Below are positions 1 to 8,352 of a stretch of DNA of 64,000 nucleotides, piece after piece. Position numbers and translations under genes: made by a program. The notes beneath the pieces were generated by a model, which saw nothing but the letters and a program-made list of their open reading frames with translations, did no database searches and had not been told where the DNA came from. This DNA comes from an uncultured Thermoleophilia bacterium (GTDB taxonomy: Bacteria > Actinomycetota > Thermoleophilia > UBA2241), in assembly GCA_963702475.1 (NCBI GenBank), contig CAVPCT010000003.1:896001-960000 (forward strand). Reading direction: 5' to 3'. Numbering within the stretch: the first letter of the stretch is position 1; every line of letters begins with the position of its first letter.

Positions 1-1086
1 CGTCGGGGTGCCTCCGCGGCGCATGACCTTGTCCCCGAACGCGGAGGCCCAGGCGGTGGTCGTGTCGATCGCGTCGACGCCGGTGAAGTCGCCGTCGTAG
101 CGGTCCGAGTCCTCGCGGACCCACGTCGCGCCGCCGTTCTCGGTGAGCAGGATGGTGTCTTGGCCGACCGCCCAGCCCGTCGTGGCCGAGACGAAGTGGA
201 CGGCTGCGAGCGTGTCGGAGTCGGGCGGCAGCGTCTGTCGTACCCACGTCGCCCCACCGGTGGTGCTGTACCAGATCATCCCCCGGTCGCCGTAGGCCCT
301 TGTCGTGTCCTCGCCGACCGCCCAGAGCCCGCCGGGTGGGAAGACGTCGACGTCGTTGAACCTGCCGGCGATCGCCGTCCGGCCCGGCAGTGAGAAGCTC
401 CAGCTCGCGCCGCCGTTCGACGTCGCGTAGACGCTCGCCCACCAGGTGCCCTGCGGCTGCTGGTAGAAGTCCTCGCCGACGGCCCAGCCGTGTTGCGCGT
501 CGGCGAAGTCGACGCCGTTGAAGTCGACGTCGTCCACGCCGTCGGGGACGCCCGCGTGCGACTCCGTCCACGTGGAGCCGCCCGAGGTGGTGTGGATGAC
601 GTGCGAGCTCGAGCCGACAGCCCAGCCCTCGGTGGAACTGACGAAGCAGAGGTCCTTGAGCACACCGATGTACGGCGGCTCCGCCTGCGGGGCCCAGGTC
701 CGGCCGTCGCTCGTCGCGAGGATCGCCGACCCGGAGCCGCTGGAGGCGCCGCCGTTGCCGACCGCCCAGCCCCGCGTGTCGTTCCACATCTGCACGGCGT
801 GCAGGGCGTAGTTGCGGGTGTCCACGTACTGCTGCGCCCACGTCGCCCCGCCGTCACTGGTGCGGAGGACGACCTGGTCCTCACCCACCAGCCAGCCGTT
901 CTGCGCATCGAGGAAGTCGATGCCCTGGTAGTACTTGCCGTACCCCGGCGTGACGGGCGTCCAGGCCGCGCCGGCCGAGGCTGGGCCGGCGAGCGCGGTC
1001 TCCAGCAGCAGGACGAGCGTGAGGAGCGTGACGAGGATGAGCAGCCGCCGGGCTGCCGCCGTGGCGATCCGTGCTCGAGCGCTCAT
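1..1086 (-). CDS. Secreted YCF48/BNR (Asp-box) repeat beta-propeller protein, partial (runs off window start)
   Basis: Read manually because it is missing from the ORF track: ATG at 1086, signal-peptide-like MSARARIATAAARRLLILVTLLTLVLLLETALAGPASA, then repeated 'F.D...GWAVG....ILxTxDGGxTW' units. Confidence 0.85.
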   Translation of the reverse strand, partial: MSARARIATAAARRLLILVTLLTLVLLLETALAGPASAGAAWTPVTPGYGKYYQGIDFLDAQNGWLVGEDQVVLRTSDGGATWAQQYVDTRNYALHAVQMWNDTRGWAVGNGGASSGSGSAILATSDGRTWAPQAEPPYIGVLKDLCFVSSTEGWAVGSSSHVIHTTSGGSTWTESHAGVPDGVDDVDFNGVDFADAQHGWAVGEDFYQQPQGTWWASVYATSNGGASWSFSLPGRTAIAGRFNDVDVFPPGGLWAVGEDTTRAYGDRGMIWYSTTGGATWVRQTLPPDSDTLAAVHFVSATTGWAVGQDTILLTENGGATWVREDSDRYDGDFTGVDAIDTTTAWASAFGDKVMRRGGTPT

Positions 1087-1205
1087 GGTCTGCTCCCTCC
1101 GTCAGACGAGGCCGGCACCGTGATGATACGCCCGGCCGTCCGCCGGACCGTTGCCTCCATGCCCCTCTCACGTGCCCTGGACTTTGGGCGCGCTCGTCTC
1201 CGGTC

Positions 1206-1667
1206 TTACCGGACCAGTCGCGGGTCGTAGGAGAACAGAGCGACCGAGGCGATCGTGACCTTCGACAGCTCGGGGTGCTGGGGGTTCAGCAGGTAGTTGG
1301 CCTCGCGCGGGATCACCGCGGACGGCACCTGCAGCACGAGGGTCGATCGCCCGGCGAGCCACTCGTCGCCGATCGCCTGGAGCTCGGCGGGCGCGGGATG
1401 GAGCCGCCAGTCCTCAGGAAGCGAGCCGGCGGCGATGGTCGCCACCGTCACGTCGTCCGGAAGGTCGATCTCCACTTGCACGAGACCCTCAGGCAGGAGG
1501 TCCCTGTCCACGTGCACGAGCACTTCGAGGGCGGCCAGGGCCAGTGAGGCCGACGTGTAGACGACGGGGTGTCCCGTGGTGTGCCAGCGTCCCGGCGTGA
1601 GCAGACCGCCTCTGCCGGCGAGCGTGTCCGCAGCGTATCGCTCAGCGCAGATGCGCCAGACGCGCAT
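1206..1667 (-). CDS. RES domain toxin (RES/MbcT/ParT family, NAD+-consuming)
   Basis: WRI..GRW..VVYTSASLALAALEVLVH..VPSAVIP.E.NYLLNP.HP motifs; stop/start overlap with the antitoxin. Confidence 0.92.
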   Translation of the reverse strand: MRVWRICAERYAADTLAGRGGLLTPGRWHTTGHPVVYTSASLALAALEVLVHVDRDLLPEGLVQVEIDLPDDVTVATIAAGSLPEDWRLHPAPAELQAIGDEWLAGRSTLVLQVPSAVIPREANYLLNPQHPELSKVTIASVALFSYDPRLVR

Positions 1668-2119
1668 CAGCTGAAGATGCCGTACTCGATGCGGGCGAGC
1701 AGCTGCTCGATCTCGTGCTCGCCGATCTCGGTGTCGAGCTGGCTGATGGGGGTGTCACCGCCCAGGGCCTCGTTCGGGCGGTGCAGCCACGCGCGCGCCG
1801 TCTCGAGCGAGCCGAACGTGTCCGCTGCTTGCACGGTCACGCGCGCGACGCGGTAGAGCCGGTCCGACTCGGTGGGCGAGAGGACGCGCTTGACCTTTCT
1901 CCGCGCCATGGTCCGGGGGGATGCGCCGACCAGCCGGACGAGCGTGGACGAGTCCAGCTGCAGCGCCTCGAGGACGGCCTCGAACGCCGCATAGGGGAGC
2001 CCGCGGCGGAGAGCTTCCTGCATGTCCGCCAGACTCCGGATGCTCGAGCCGAACGCCGTCTGCCCGCCCAGCAGCGACACCAGTCGCTCGGTCTCTTGTC
2101 CCTGATACGTGCTAGCCAT
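1667..2119 (-). CDS. Xre/MbcA/ParS-type antitoxin (HTH + C-terminal toxin-binding domain)
   Basis: GLPY...SPRTMARRK...LSPTESDRLYRVARV...A..WL.RPN.ALGG.TP..LDTE.G...IEYG. Confidence 0.92.
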   Translation of the reverse strand: MASTYQGQETERLVSLLGGQTAFGSSIRSLADMQEALRRGLPYAAFEAVLEALQLDSSTLVRLVGASPRTMARRKVKRVLSPTESDRLYRVARVTVQAADTFGSLETARAWLHRPNEALGGDTPISQLDTEIGEHEIEQLLARIEYGIFS

Positions 2120-2146
2120 GTGTCTTACATACTACCGCCACATGGC
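2115..2146 (-). promoter_or_regulatory. Putative TA operator/promoter: inverted repeat GCCATGTG-N16-CACATGGC around a TAGTAT -10 element
   Basis: Perfect 8-bp inverted repeat overlapping the antitoxin start codon; minus strand reads TAGTAT 9 nt before ATG. Confidence 0.55.
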
Positions 2147-2168
2147 AGCGGCACAAACACCGGGCGGC

Positions 2169-2597
2169 TCAGACGTTGTAGACCTCGGGCCCCAGCGTGG
2201 TCACGTAGTTGTCGGTCAGCACCCGCTGGGCCTCCGCGGTCTTGTCCACTCCGAGGATGACGATGGCCTGACCGTCGATGTGGCCCAGATGCGGGTACAG
2301 GTAGTGCACGTTGACCCCGGCCGCCGTGAGTGGCTTGAGCACGGCGAGCACGCTGCCGGGGTGGTCCGGGATCTCGACGGCGAGCACGTCGACCTCCCTG
2401 GGGTCGTAGCCGCCGCCGGTCAGGATGTTCTTCGCCTTCTCGTGATCGTCCACCACAAAGCGCACGGTGCTGATGTCGGAGGTGTCGGCCACCGAGATCG
2501 CGCGGATGTTCACGCCCTCGCGCCCCAGGAGCTCGCTCACGGCGGCGAAGGCTCCGGGGACGTTGGAGAGACTCACTGACAGCTGCTTGATGGACAT
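2169..2597 (-). CDS. Tandem ACT domain protein
   Basis: MSIKQLSVSLSNVPG...GVNIRAISVADT.D...RF.VDD...D.PG...VNV.YLY; start coupled to upstream stop (TGATG). Confidence 0.88.
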   Translation of the reverse strand: MSIKQLSVSLSNVPGAFAAVSELLGREGVNIRAISVADTSDISTVRFVVDDHEKAKNILTGGGYDPREVDVLAVEIPDHPGSVLAVLKPLTAAGVNVHYLYPHLGHIDGQAIVILGVDKTAEAQRVLTDNYVTTLGPEVYNV

Positions 2598-3142
2598 CAG
2601 CCCTGCTCCTTCGCGTAGTCGTAGCCCAGGGCGAGGGCCTTCTTGTTGAGGTCGAGGAGCCTGGCCCTGCCCTTGCCGAGGATCTCGGTGAGGTTCTCCA
2701 CCATGGCCTCGTAGGAGATCATCTCGCTCGCCCTGACCAGGGCGCCGAGCATGATCATGTTGGCCACCTTCATCGACCCCAGCTCGCCGGCGAGCTCGCT
2801 CATGGGGACGGCGAGGACCTCGATGTCTCTCCTCGCCGTCTCGGTGTTCACGAGCGTCGAGTTGGCGCACAGGAGGCCGCCGGACTGCAGGGCGCCCTGG
2901 AACCTGACGAACGACGGCTGGTTCATCGCGACGACCACCTCGGGCGTGGACGCCACCGGCGAGGCGATCTCCTCGTCCGACACGGAGACCGCGCAGTTCG
3001 CGGTGCCGCCGCGCACCTCGACGCCGTAGCTGGGCAGGTAGGTGACGTACTTGCCCTCGAGCATGGCGGCGGTGGCCAGGGTCGCGCCGAGCGAGAGCAC
3101 GCCCTGCCCGCCGGAGCCCGAGATGACCGTCTTGGTCAGCAT
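2597..3142 (-). CDS. 2-oxoacid:ferredoxin oxidoreductase gamma subunit
   Basis: SGSGGQGVLSLG...PSYGVEVRGGTANC...ANMIMLGA. Confidence 0.93.
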   Translation of the reverse strand: MLTKTVISGSGGQGVLSLGATLATAAMLEGKYVTYLPSYGVEVRGGTANCAVSVSDEEIASPVASTPEVVVAMNQPSFVRFQGALQSGGLLCANSTLVNTETARRDIEVLAVPMSELAGELGSMKVANMIMLGALVRASEMISYEAMVENLTEILGKGRARLLDLNKKALALGYDYAKEQG

Positions 3143-3900
3143 GGCGCGACCTCGTCCTTGAACACGCCCAGCGGGAAGTACGCGAGCATGGCGTCGTCGA
3201 TCCATTTGCAGGACTCGAGAGGGCCCATCTTCCAGTTCACCGGGCAGGGGGAGAGGATCTCGACCAGCGAGAAGCCGCCGCCGTCGAGCTGGCGCCGGAA
3301 CGCCTTGGCGATGGCCTTCTTGGCCTTCACCACGGCCGCCGGCTTGTTGACGGCCACCCGCTCGAGGTACGACGTGCCGTCGAGCTGGGCGAAGACCTCG
3401 CAGATGCGCACGGGGTGGCCGGCAAGGCCGGCGTCGCGGCCCTTCGGGGTGGTCGTCGTCACCTGGTCGAGGAGCGTGGTGGGCGCCATCTGGCCGCCGG
3501 TCATGCCGTACACGCCGTTGTTCACGAAGATGACGGTGATGTTCTCGCCCCTGTTGGCGGCGTGGAGTCCCTCGGCCGTGCCGATGGCGGCAAGGTCGCC
3601 GTCGCCCTGGTACGAGAAGACCAGGTTCTGCGGCAGCACCCGCTTGATGCCGGTGGCGACGGCCGCCCCGCGCCCGTGGGCCGACTCGATCACGTCGATC
3701 TCGAAGTAGTTGTAGAGGAGCATGCCGCAGCCCGCCGGAGCCACGCAGATGGCGTCTCCCTGCAGGTCCATCTCATCGACCACCTCCATCAGGAGGCGGT
3801 TGATGATGCCGTGACCGCAGCCGGGGCAGTAGTGGAAGTCCGCCTGCTTGAGCAGTCTGGGCCGCTCGAAGACCTTCGTCATCGCCTGGTCCGTGTTCAT
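3136..3900 (-). CDS. 2-oxoacid:ferredoxin oxidoreductase beta (TPP-binding) subunit
   Basis: YCPGCGHG, HGR, YQGDGDLAAIG, NNGVYGMTGGQMAPTT, CP motifs. Confidence 0.95.
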   Translation of the reverse strand: MNTDQAMTKVFERPRLLKQADFHYCPGCGHGIINRLLMEVVDEMDLQGDAICVAPAGCGMLLYNYFEIDVIESAHGRGAAVATGIKRVLPQNLVFSYQGDGDLAAIGTAEGLHAANRGENITVIFVNNGVYGMTGGQMAPTTLLDQVTTTTPKGRDAGLAGHPVRICEVFAQLDGTSYLERVAVNKPAAVVKAKKAIAKAFRRQLDGGGFSLVEILSPCPVNWKMGPLESCKWIDDAMLAYFPLGVFKDEVAPC

Positions 3901-4976
3901 CGCTTCTTCCCCTCGCCTTCGGCGTGTGCCTGGAGGTAGTGGCGTGAGACGATCCGGAAGAGCTCCACGGGCATGGGGGCGACGCCGCCGGGCCTCCCGT
4001 AGAAGTGGATACGGCCCTGACCCTCGAGCGCCAGCCGCACGTCCTCCACCATCTGGCCGGCGCTCATCTCGAAGACGAAGAAGTCGTCAACGGTCTTCGC
4101 GAGCTCCCGGAGCGCCTGCGCCGGAAACGGCCAGAGCGTGACGGGCCTGAGCAGGCCGACCTTCTTGCCCTCCTCGCGGAGCCGTTTGATGGCGCCCTTG
4201 GCGATCCTCGCCCCGATGCCGTAGGCGACCACGATCATCTCGGCGTCGTCGGTGAGATGCGTCTCGAAGCGGACCTCGTTCTGCTCGATGAGACGGAACT
4301 TGCGCTGCAGCTTCCAGTTGTGCTCCTCCTGGAGCTTGGTGTCGAAGATCAGCGAATGGATCTTGCGCGCGGGCCTGTCCCTGGCGCCGGTGAGGATGTA
4401 GGGCTTGTCGTAGTCCGGCGGGCGCACGAGACCGTCGAAGTCCACCGGCTCCATCATCTGCCCGAGGATGCCGTCGGCGAGGATGACCACGGGGTTGCGG
4501 TACTTGTCCGCCAGGTCGAAGGCCAGCGGCACGACCCCGGTGAGCTCCTGCACCGACGCCGGCGCCAGCACCACCGTGCGGTAGTCCCCGTGGCCGCCGC
4601 CGCGTGTGGCCTGGAAGTAGTCCGACTGGGCCCCGGCGATGCTGCCCATGCCGGGGCCGCCGCGCACGATGTTGACGATGACGCCGGGGAGTTCGTCGGC
4701 GACGAGGTACGAGATGCCCTCCTGCTTCAGGCTGATGCCGGGGCCGCTCGACGAGGTCATGGCGCGCGCCCCGGCCGCCGCGGCGCCAAGCACCATGTTG
4801 ATGGCGGCGATCTCGCTCTCCGACTGGATGAAGACGCCGCCCACGTCCGGCATGCGCTTCGCCATGTACTCGGTGATCTCGTTCTGCGGCGTGATTGGGT
4901 AGCCGAAGTAGTGCGTGCACCCGGAGAGGATGGCCGCCTCACCTATGGCGACGTTGCCGCTCATGAGCCGCTTCAT
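3897..4976 (-). CDS. vorB: 2-oxoacid:ferredoxin oxidoreductase alpha subunit (3-methyl-2-oxobutanoate dehydrogenase VorB-like)
   Basis: GN.AIGEAAI..GC..YFGYPITPQNEI, QSESEIAAINM, TSSSGPG.SLKQE, RGGPG, QSDYFQATRGGGHGD. Confidence 0.9.
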   Translation of the reverse strand: MKRLMSGNVAIGEAAILSGCTHYFGYPITPQNEITEYMAKRMPDVGGVFIQSESEIAAINMVLGAAAAGARAMTSSSGPGISLKQEGISYLVADELPGVIVNIVRGGPGMGSIAGAQSDYFQATRGGGHGDYRTVVLAPASVQELTGVVPLAFDLADKYRNPVVILADGILGQMMEPVDFDGLVRPPDYDKPYILTGARDRPARKIHSLIFDTKLQEEHNWKLQRKFRLIEQNEVRFETHLTDDAEMIVVAYGIGARIAKGAIKRLREEGKKVGLLRPVTLWPFPAQALRELAKTVDDFFVFEMSAGQMVEDVRLALEGQGRIHFYGRPGGVAPMPVELFRIVSRHYLQAHAEGEGKKR

Positions 4977-5182
4977 GACCCGCACACCTCGATGGCGACG
5001 TCGGGGCACATCAGCGCACAGTTGCGGCAGGCGTTGCAGCCCTTCTGGTCGTCGAAGGCGGCCACGAAGTAGCCCTTGAGGTTCAGGTCTTCGGACAGGC
5101 TGATGCAGTCCTTGGTGCAGAGCTCGATGCAGAGGGCGCAGCCCTTGCAGCGCTCCCTGTCTATCTGGATCGTCCCCTTCAC
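4973..5182 (-). CDS. 2x[4Fe-4S] ferredoxin-like delta subunit
   Basis: CKGCALCIELC and CNACRNCALMCP. Confidence 0.93.
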   Translation of the reverse strand: MKGTIQIDRERCKGCALCIELCTKDCISLSEDLNLKGYFVAAFDDQKGCNACRNCALMCPDVAIEVCGS

Positions 5183-5459
5183 GTGCGCGTCCTCACCGGT
5201 CGTTCGGTCTCGTGCCGGACGACTGTGTCAGAGCCGCCCACCCCGCGGGTCGATCACCAATGATAGCGCCCCGGGCGGCGCAGCGTCGGCGTACCGGCTG
5301 CCGCGGCGCCTCCTCCCGCCGACCGCGCGAGGGCCGCTCCGGCCGGCAGCTTCGTCAGGCGCAGTCTCGCCGGATGCGCACCTCGAAGGCTCGCCAGGCG
5401 TCTCAAACAGCTCACCCCCGGGTAGAAATGATTGCACGCACAAGCGATGAGGAGGCGTC

Positions 5460-5750
5460 GTGCCCGTCACCAGTTCAACGAAGACGTACGACTGCGAGCT
5501 CTGTGGCGCCGCTCTTCAGTCCAAGTGGGCACTTGACAACCATATGTGCCTGTTCCACGACCTCTGTGGCACCGTACGGCCGGGCGCGGAGGTCACCTTC
5601 CGCTGCGCCCAGTGCGGGACGTCCTTCGCCCGCCGCAGCGAGCTCGTGACCCACATGGAGAGCACGGGACATGGCGGGCGTGGCGGGCGAGCGGACGCCA
5701 AGCCTGTCGCCCGCCGGACCACTCGAGGCACGCCCCGCCGCAGGTCTTGA
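5460..5750 (+). CDS. Small protein with two classical C2H2 zinc fingers and a basic tail
   Basis: GAGGAGG RBS before GTG; YDCELC-x12-H-x4-H and FRCAQCGTSF-x5-L-x2-H-x5-H. Confidence 0.8.
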   Translation: MPVTSSTKTYDCELCGAALQSKWALDNHMCLFHDLCGTVRPGAEVTFRCAQCGTSFARRSELVTHMESTGHGGRGGRADAKPVARRTTRGTPRRRS

Positions 5751-6044
5751 CGCGCGTTCTCGTCTCGCGGGCGTCCGCGCCCTCCGGGACGGCGCTCGCG
5801 GCGACGGCGGCCGCGCCTGCCTCCGAGCGGCGCGCATCCGCGAAGCGATCCTCCGGGCGCGGCTGAAGCGAAGCTCCTCCCGCGCCTGCCTGGCCACCTG
5901 GTCAGGTGAGAGACCCCCCAGCGAGGCAGTGCGGGTTCCGTCCTGCTGCCCGGGGCGCCGCGTCCAGCGCGGCCGTAGGCTCTGCGTGTACCGGGCGGCC
6001 ATGCCGGTACGGTCAAGGACAGGGCGGAGCCCGGGAGGGACCGA

Positions 6045-7322
6045 ATGACCGCACGCGCCGAACGCTTCTCTTCAGCGAAGGTGATGCTCGCCAATCCCGG
6101 CCTGGTGCGGGTGCGGCCCGACCTGAGCCTCTTCATGGCAAGGTACCTGCGGCGCTTTCGCATCAAGCGCTCCGGGCGGAACCTGCTCCTTCACTCGCAC
6201 CTGCCGCCGCTCGACAGTGACGCGTATGCACGTTTCGTCGCGCAGCACCTGGTGGCCAGGACGCCGGGTCCTTCACACGCCCAGATCGCCATCACGGACG
6301 CCTGCCCGCAGGCCTGTGCCTGCTGCTACAACAGGCAGCGCAGCGGCGAGCGCCTGGACACGCCGACCATCATCCGGGTGATCGAGGAGCTCCAGGACAT
6401 GGGCGTCTGCTGGCTCGGCCTCACGGGGGGAGAGCCCCTGCTCTCTCCCGACCTGGCCGCCATCACCCGCGCTTCCGCTCAAGGCTGCGCGGTCAAGCTC
6501 TTCACGACCGGCATGGGCCTCTCGCGGGGCCGGGCCGAGCAGCTCACCGACGCCGGCCTCTTCTCGGTGGCCGTGAGTCTCGATCACTGGGAGCCCGCCG
6601 TGCACGACGCCGGGCGCGGCTTTGCCGGCGCGTTCGACGCCGCGCTGGAGGCGATCGCGGTGTCCAAAGGTGTGCCGGGCCTGCACGTGAGTGTGTCGTC
6701 CGTCTTCAGCCGCGAGATGGTGCACGACGGCGGCATCGAGCGGCTGCTCACCTTTCTTGCGTCGCTCGACGTCGACGAGGCGTGGCTGAGCGAGGTGAAG
6801 CCGACCCAGGAGGCCTTCTGGCGCGACGACCTCGTGATCACCGAGCAGGAGCGGCGCAGGGTCGCCGACCTCCAGGACGACTGGAACCGCAGGCCGGGCA
6901 TGACCGTCAACTACCTCGGGCACTTCGAGGGCGCCGAGACGTTCGGCTGCAACGCCGGCTGCAAGATGGTGTACGTCGACGCGTTCGGCGAGGTGAGCCC
7001 GTGCGTCTTCTTGCCGCTGTCGTTCGGCAACGTCCGGGAACGGCCGCTGCGCGAGATCGTCGACGAGATGCGCGCGTCCTTCCCGGGCGGGTCCCGCTGC
7101 TTCATCAACGACAACTTCCGCCTGCTCGCCGATGCCGGGGGACGGCTGCCTCTGGGTCGCTCCCGCTCCGTCGAGCTCGTCTCACGCTCGCTCAGACGAG
7201 AGCCCGCGGCGTTCCAGCGCCGGCTGCGCAGGCGGGCGGCGCTCCCGGCCGCCCGCAGAAGCGCGCGGGCCTCCGCTGAACGCGACGATCGCGGGGTGAG
7301 GACATGGGTACGGGCTCACTGA
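6045..7322 (+). CDS. Radical SAM protein with SPASM/twitch domain
   Basis: CPQACACC, LTGGEPLL, GCNAG..MVYVD..GEVSPC.F...FGNV. Confidence 0.92.
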   Translation: MTARAERFSSAKVMLANPGLVRVRPDLSLFMARYLRRFRIKRSGRNLLLHSHLPPLDSDAYARFVAQHLVARTPGPSHAQIAITDACPQACACCYNRQRSGERLDTPTIIRVIEELQDMGVCWLGLTGGEPLLSPDLAAITRASAQGCAVKLFTTGMGLSRGRAEQLTDAGLFSVAVSLDHWEPAVHDAGRGFAGAFDAALEAIAVSKGVPGLHVSVSSVFSREMVHDGGIERLLTFLASLDVDEAWLSEVKPTQEAFWRDDLVITEQERRRVADLQDDWNRRPGMTVNYLGHFEGAETFGCNAGCKMVYVDAFGEVSPCVFLPLSFGNVRERPLREIVDEMRASFPGGSRCFINDNFRLLADAGGRLPLGRSRSVELVSRSLRREPAAFQRRLRRRAALPAARRSARASAERDDRGVRTWVRAH

Positions 7323-7801
7323 CACCGAGAGAGCGCCTCGTCCGCCTGGCCGGCATGGCCATGGCCGTGACGTTCGCGGCGGTCGGGGTCGTCTTCCTGG
7401 TGGTCCCCGGTGAGGTCCTCTCGCTGCTCAACACGGTCGGAGACGTCCTCGGGGCGCCGGTGTCCACTACGGACGCCTTCACGCTCTACCTGGCGCTGGC
7501 CGTCGCCTACATGTACCTCGTCACGCTGCTCGCCGTGCAGATGGCCCGCCGTCCGCAGGTGCGGGCCTACCCCTGGCTGCTCGTACAGGCCAAGGCGGCG
7601 AGCGCCGTGCTGTGTCTCGTCCTGTTCGTAGCGCAGGACCAGTACTTCGTCTACGCGGCGAACGCGCTCGTCGATGGCCTCATCGCCGTCTGCGTGTGGG
7701 CGCTCGCGCTCCGCGGTGCGCCGGAGGGCTCACCGCAGGACGCCGCGACGTCCCGTGTGTCCGGCCAGGGGCTGGGCGACCGCCCCGCGTCCCTGGGCTG
7801 A
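7304..7801 (+). CDS. Hypothetical membrane protein (about 4 TM)
   Basis: Four hydrophobic segments; overlaps the radical SAM stop. Confidence 0.75.
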   Translation: MGTGSLTPRERLVRLAGMAMAVTFAAVGVVFLVVPGEVLSLLNTVGDVLGAPVSTTDAFTLYLALAVAYMYLVTLLAVQMARRPQVRAYPWLLVQAKAASAVLCLVLFVAQDQYFVYAANALVDGLIAVCVWALALRGAPEGSPQDAATSRVSGQGLGDRPASLG

Positions 7802-7806
7802 GCGCG

Positions 7807-8352
7807 GTGAACGTGCGCGTCACGCTCCTTCCCTGGCTGCTGCGCTGCGGCCTGCGCCGCGTGCTCCTGGACAGGCTGGCAGGGGTGACCGCGCGGGCCA
7901 TGGGAGCTACGCCTGCCCCGTTCTCCGGTCTGGCCTGGGAAGCTCGGCTCGAGCGGTACGCGCGGACCACCGCGGCCCAGGCCGACGCGCTGCTGCAGGC
8001 CGGCGACCCCGACGCGGCGGAGGCCGCCGCCCGCGAGCTGTGGCGCGGTGCGCGGGAGCTGGGCTCCTGCGCCCGGCGGCTGCTCGGGTTGCACGGACCG
8101 GACGAAGCTCTGGCCGCGCTGTGCGCGTTCTACAGGCAGATCGGCATCCGGGCCGTGTGCGGCGGGGGCGAGCTGCGCGTGCGCCGCTGTCTGTTCGCGG
8201 GGCACTTCAGCCGTCGCACCTGCGAGCTTGTGGGGGCCCTGGACGACGGCTTCGCCGCCGGGCTCTCCGGCGGCGGGACGCTGCGTTTCGCCCGGCGGAT
8301 CACCGCCGGAGACGCGTGCTGCCTGGCGCGGCTGGAGGGGGCGGCACGATGA
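7807..8352 (+). CDS. Hypothetical protein with an ATC-hydrolase/V4R-like Cys pattern
   Basis: RCLF...TC...ALDDG..AGL.....LRF.RRIT.G..CC; ATGA overlap with the next gene. Confidence 0.65.
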   Translation: MNVRVTLLPWLLRCGLRRVLLDRLAGVTARAMGATPAPFSGLAWEARLERYARTTAAQADALLQAGDPDAAEAAARELWRGARELGSCARRLLGLHGPDEALAALCAFYRQIGIRAVCGGGELRVRRCLFAGHFSRRTCELVGALDDGFAAGLSGGGTLRFARRITAGDACCLARLEGAAR

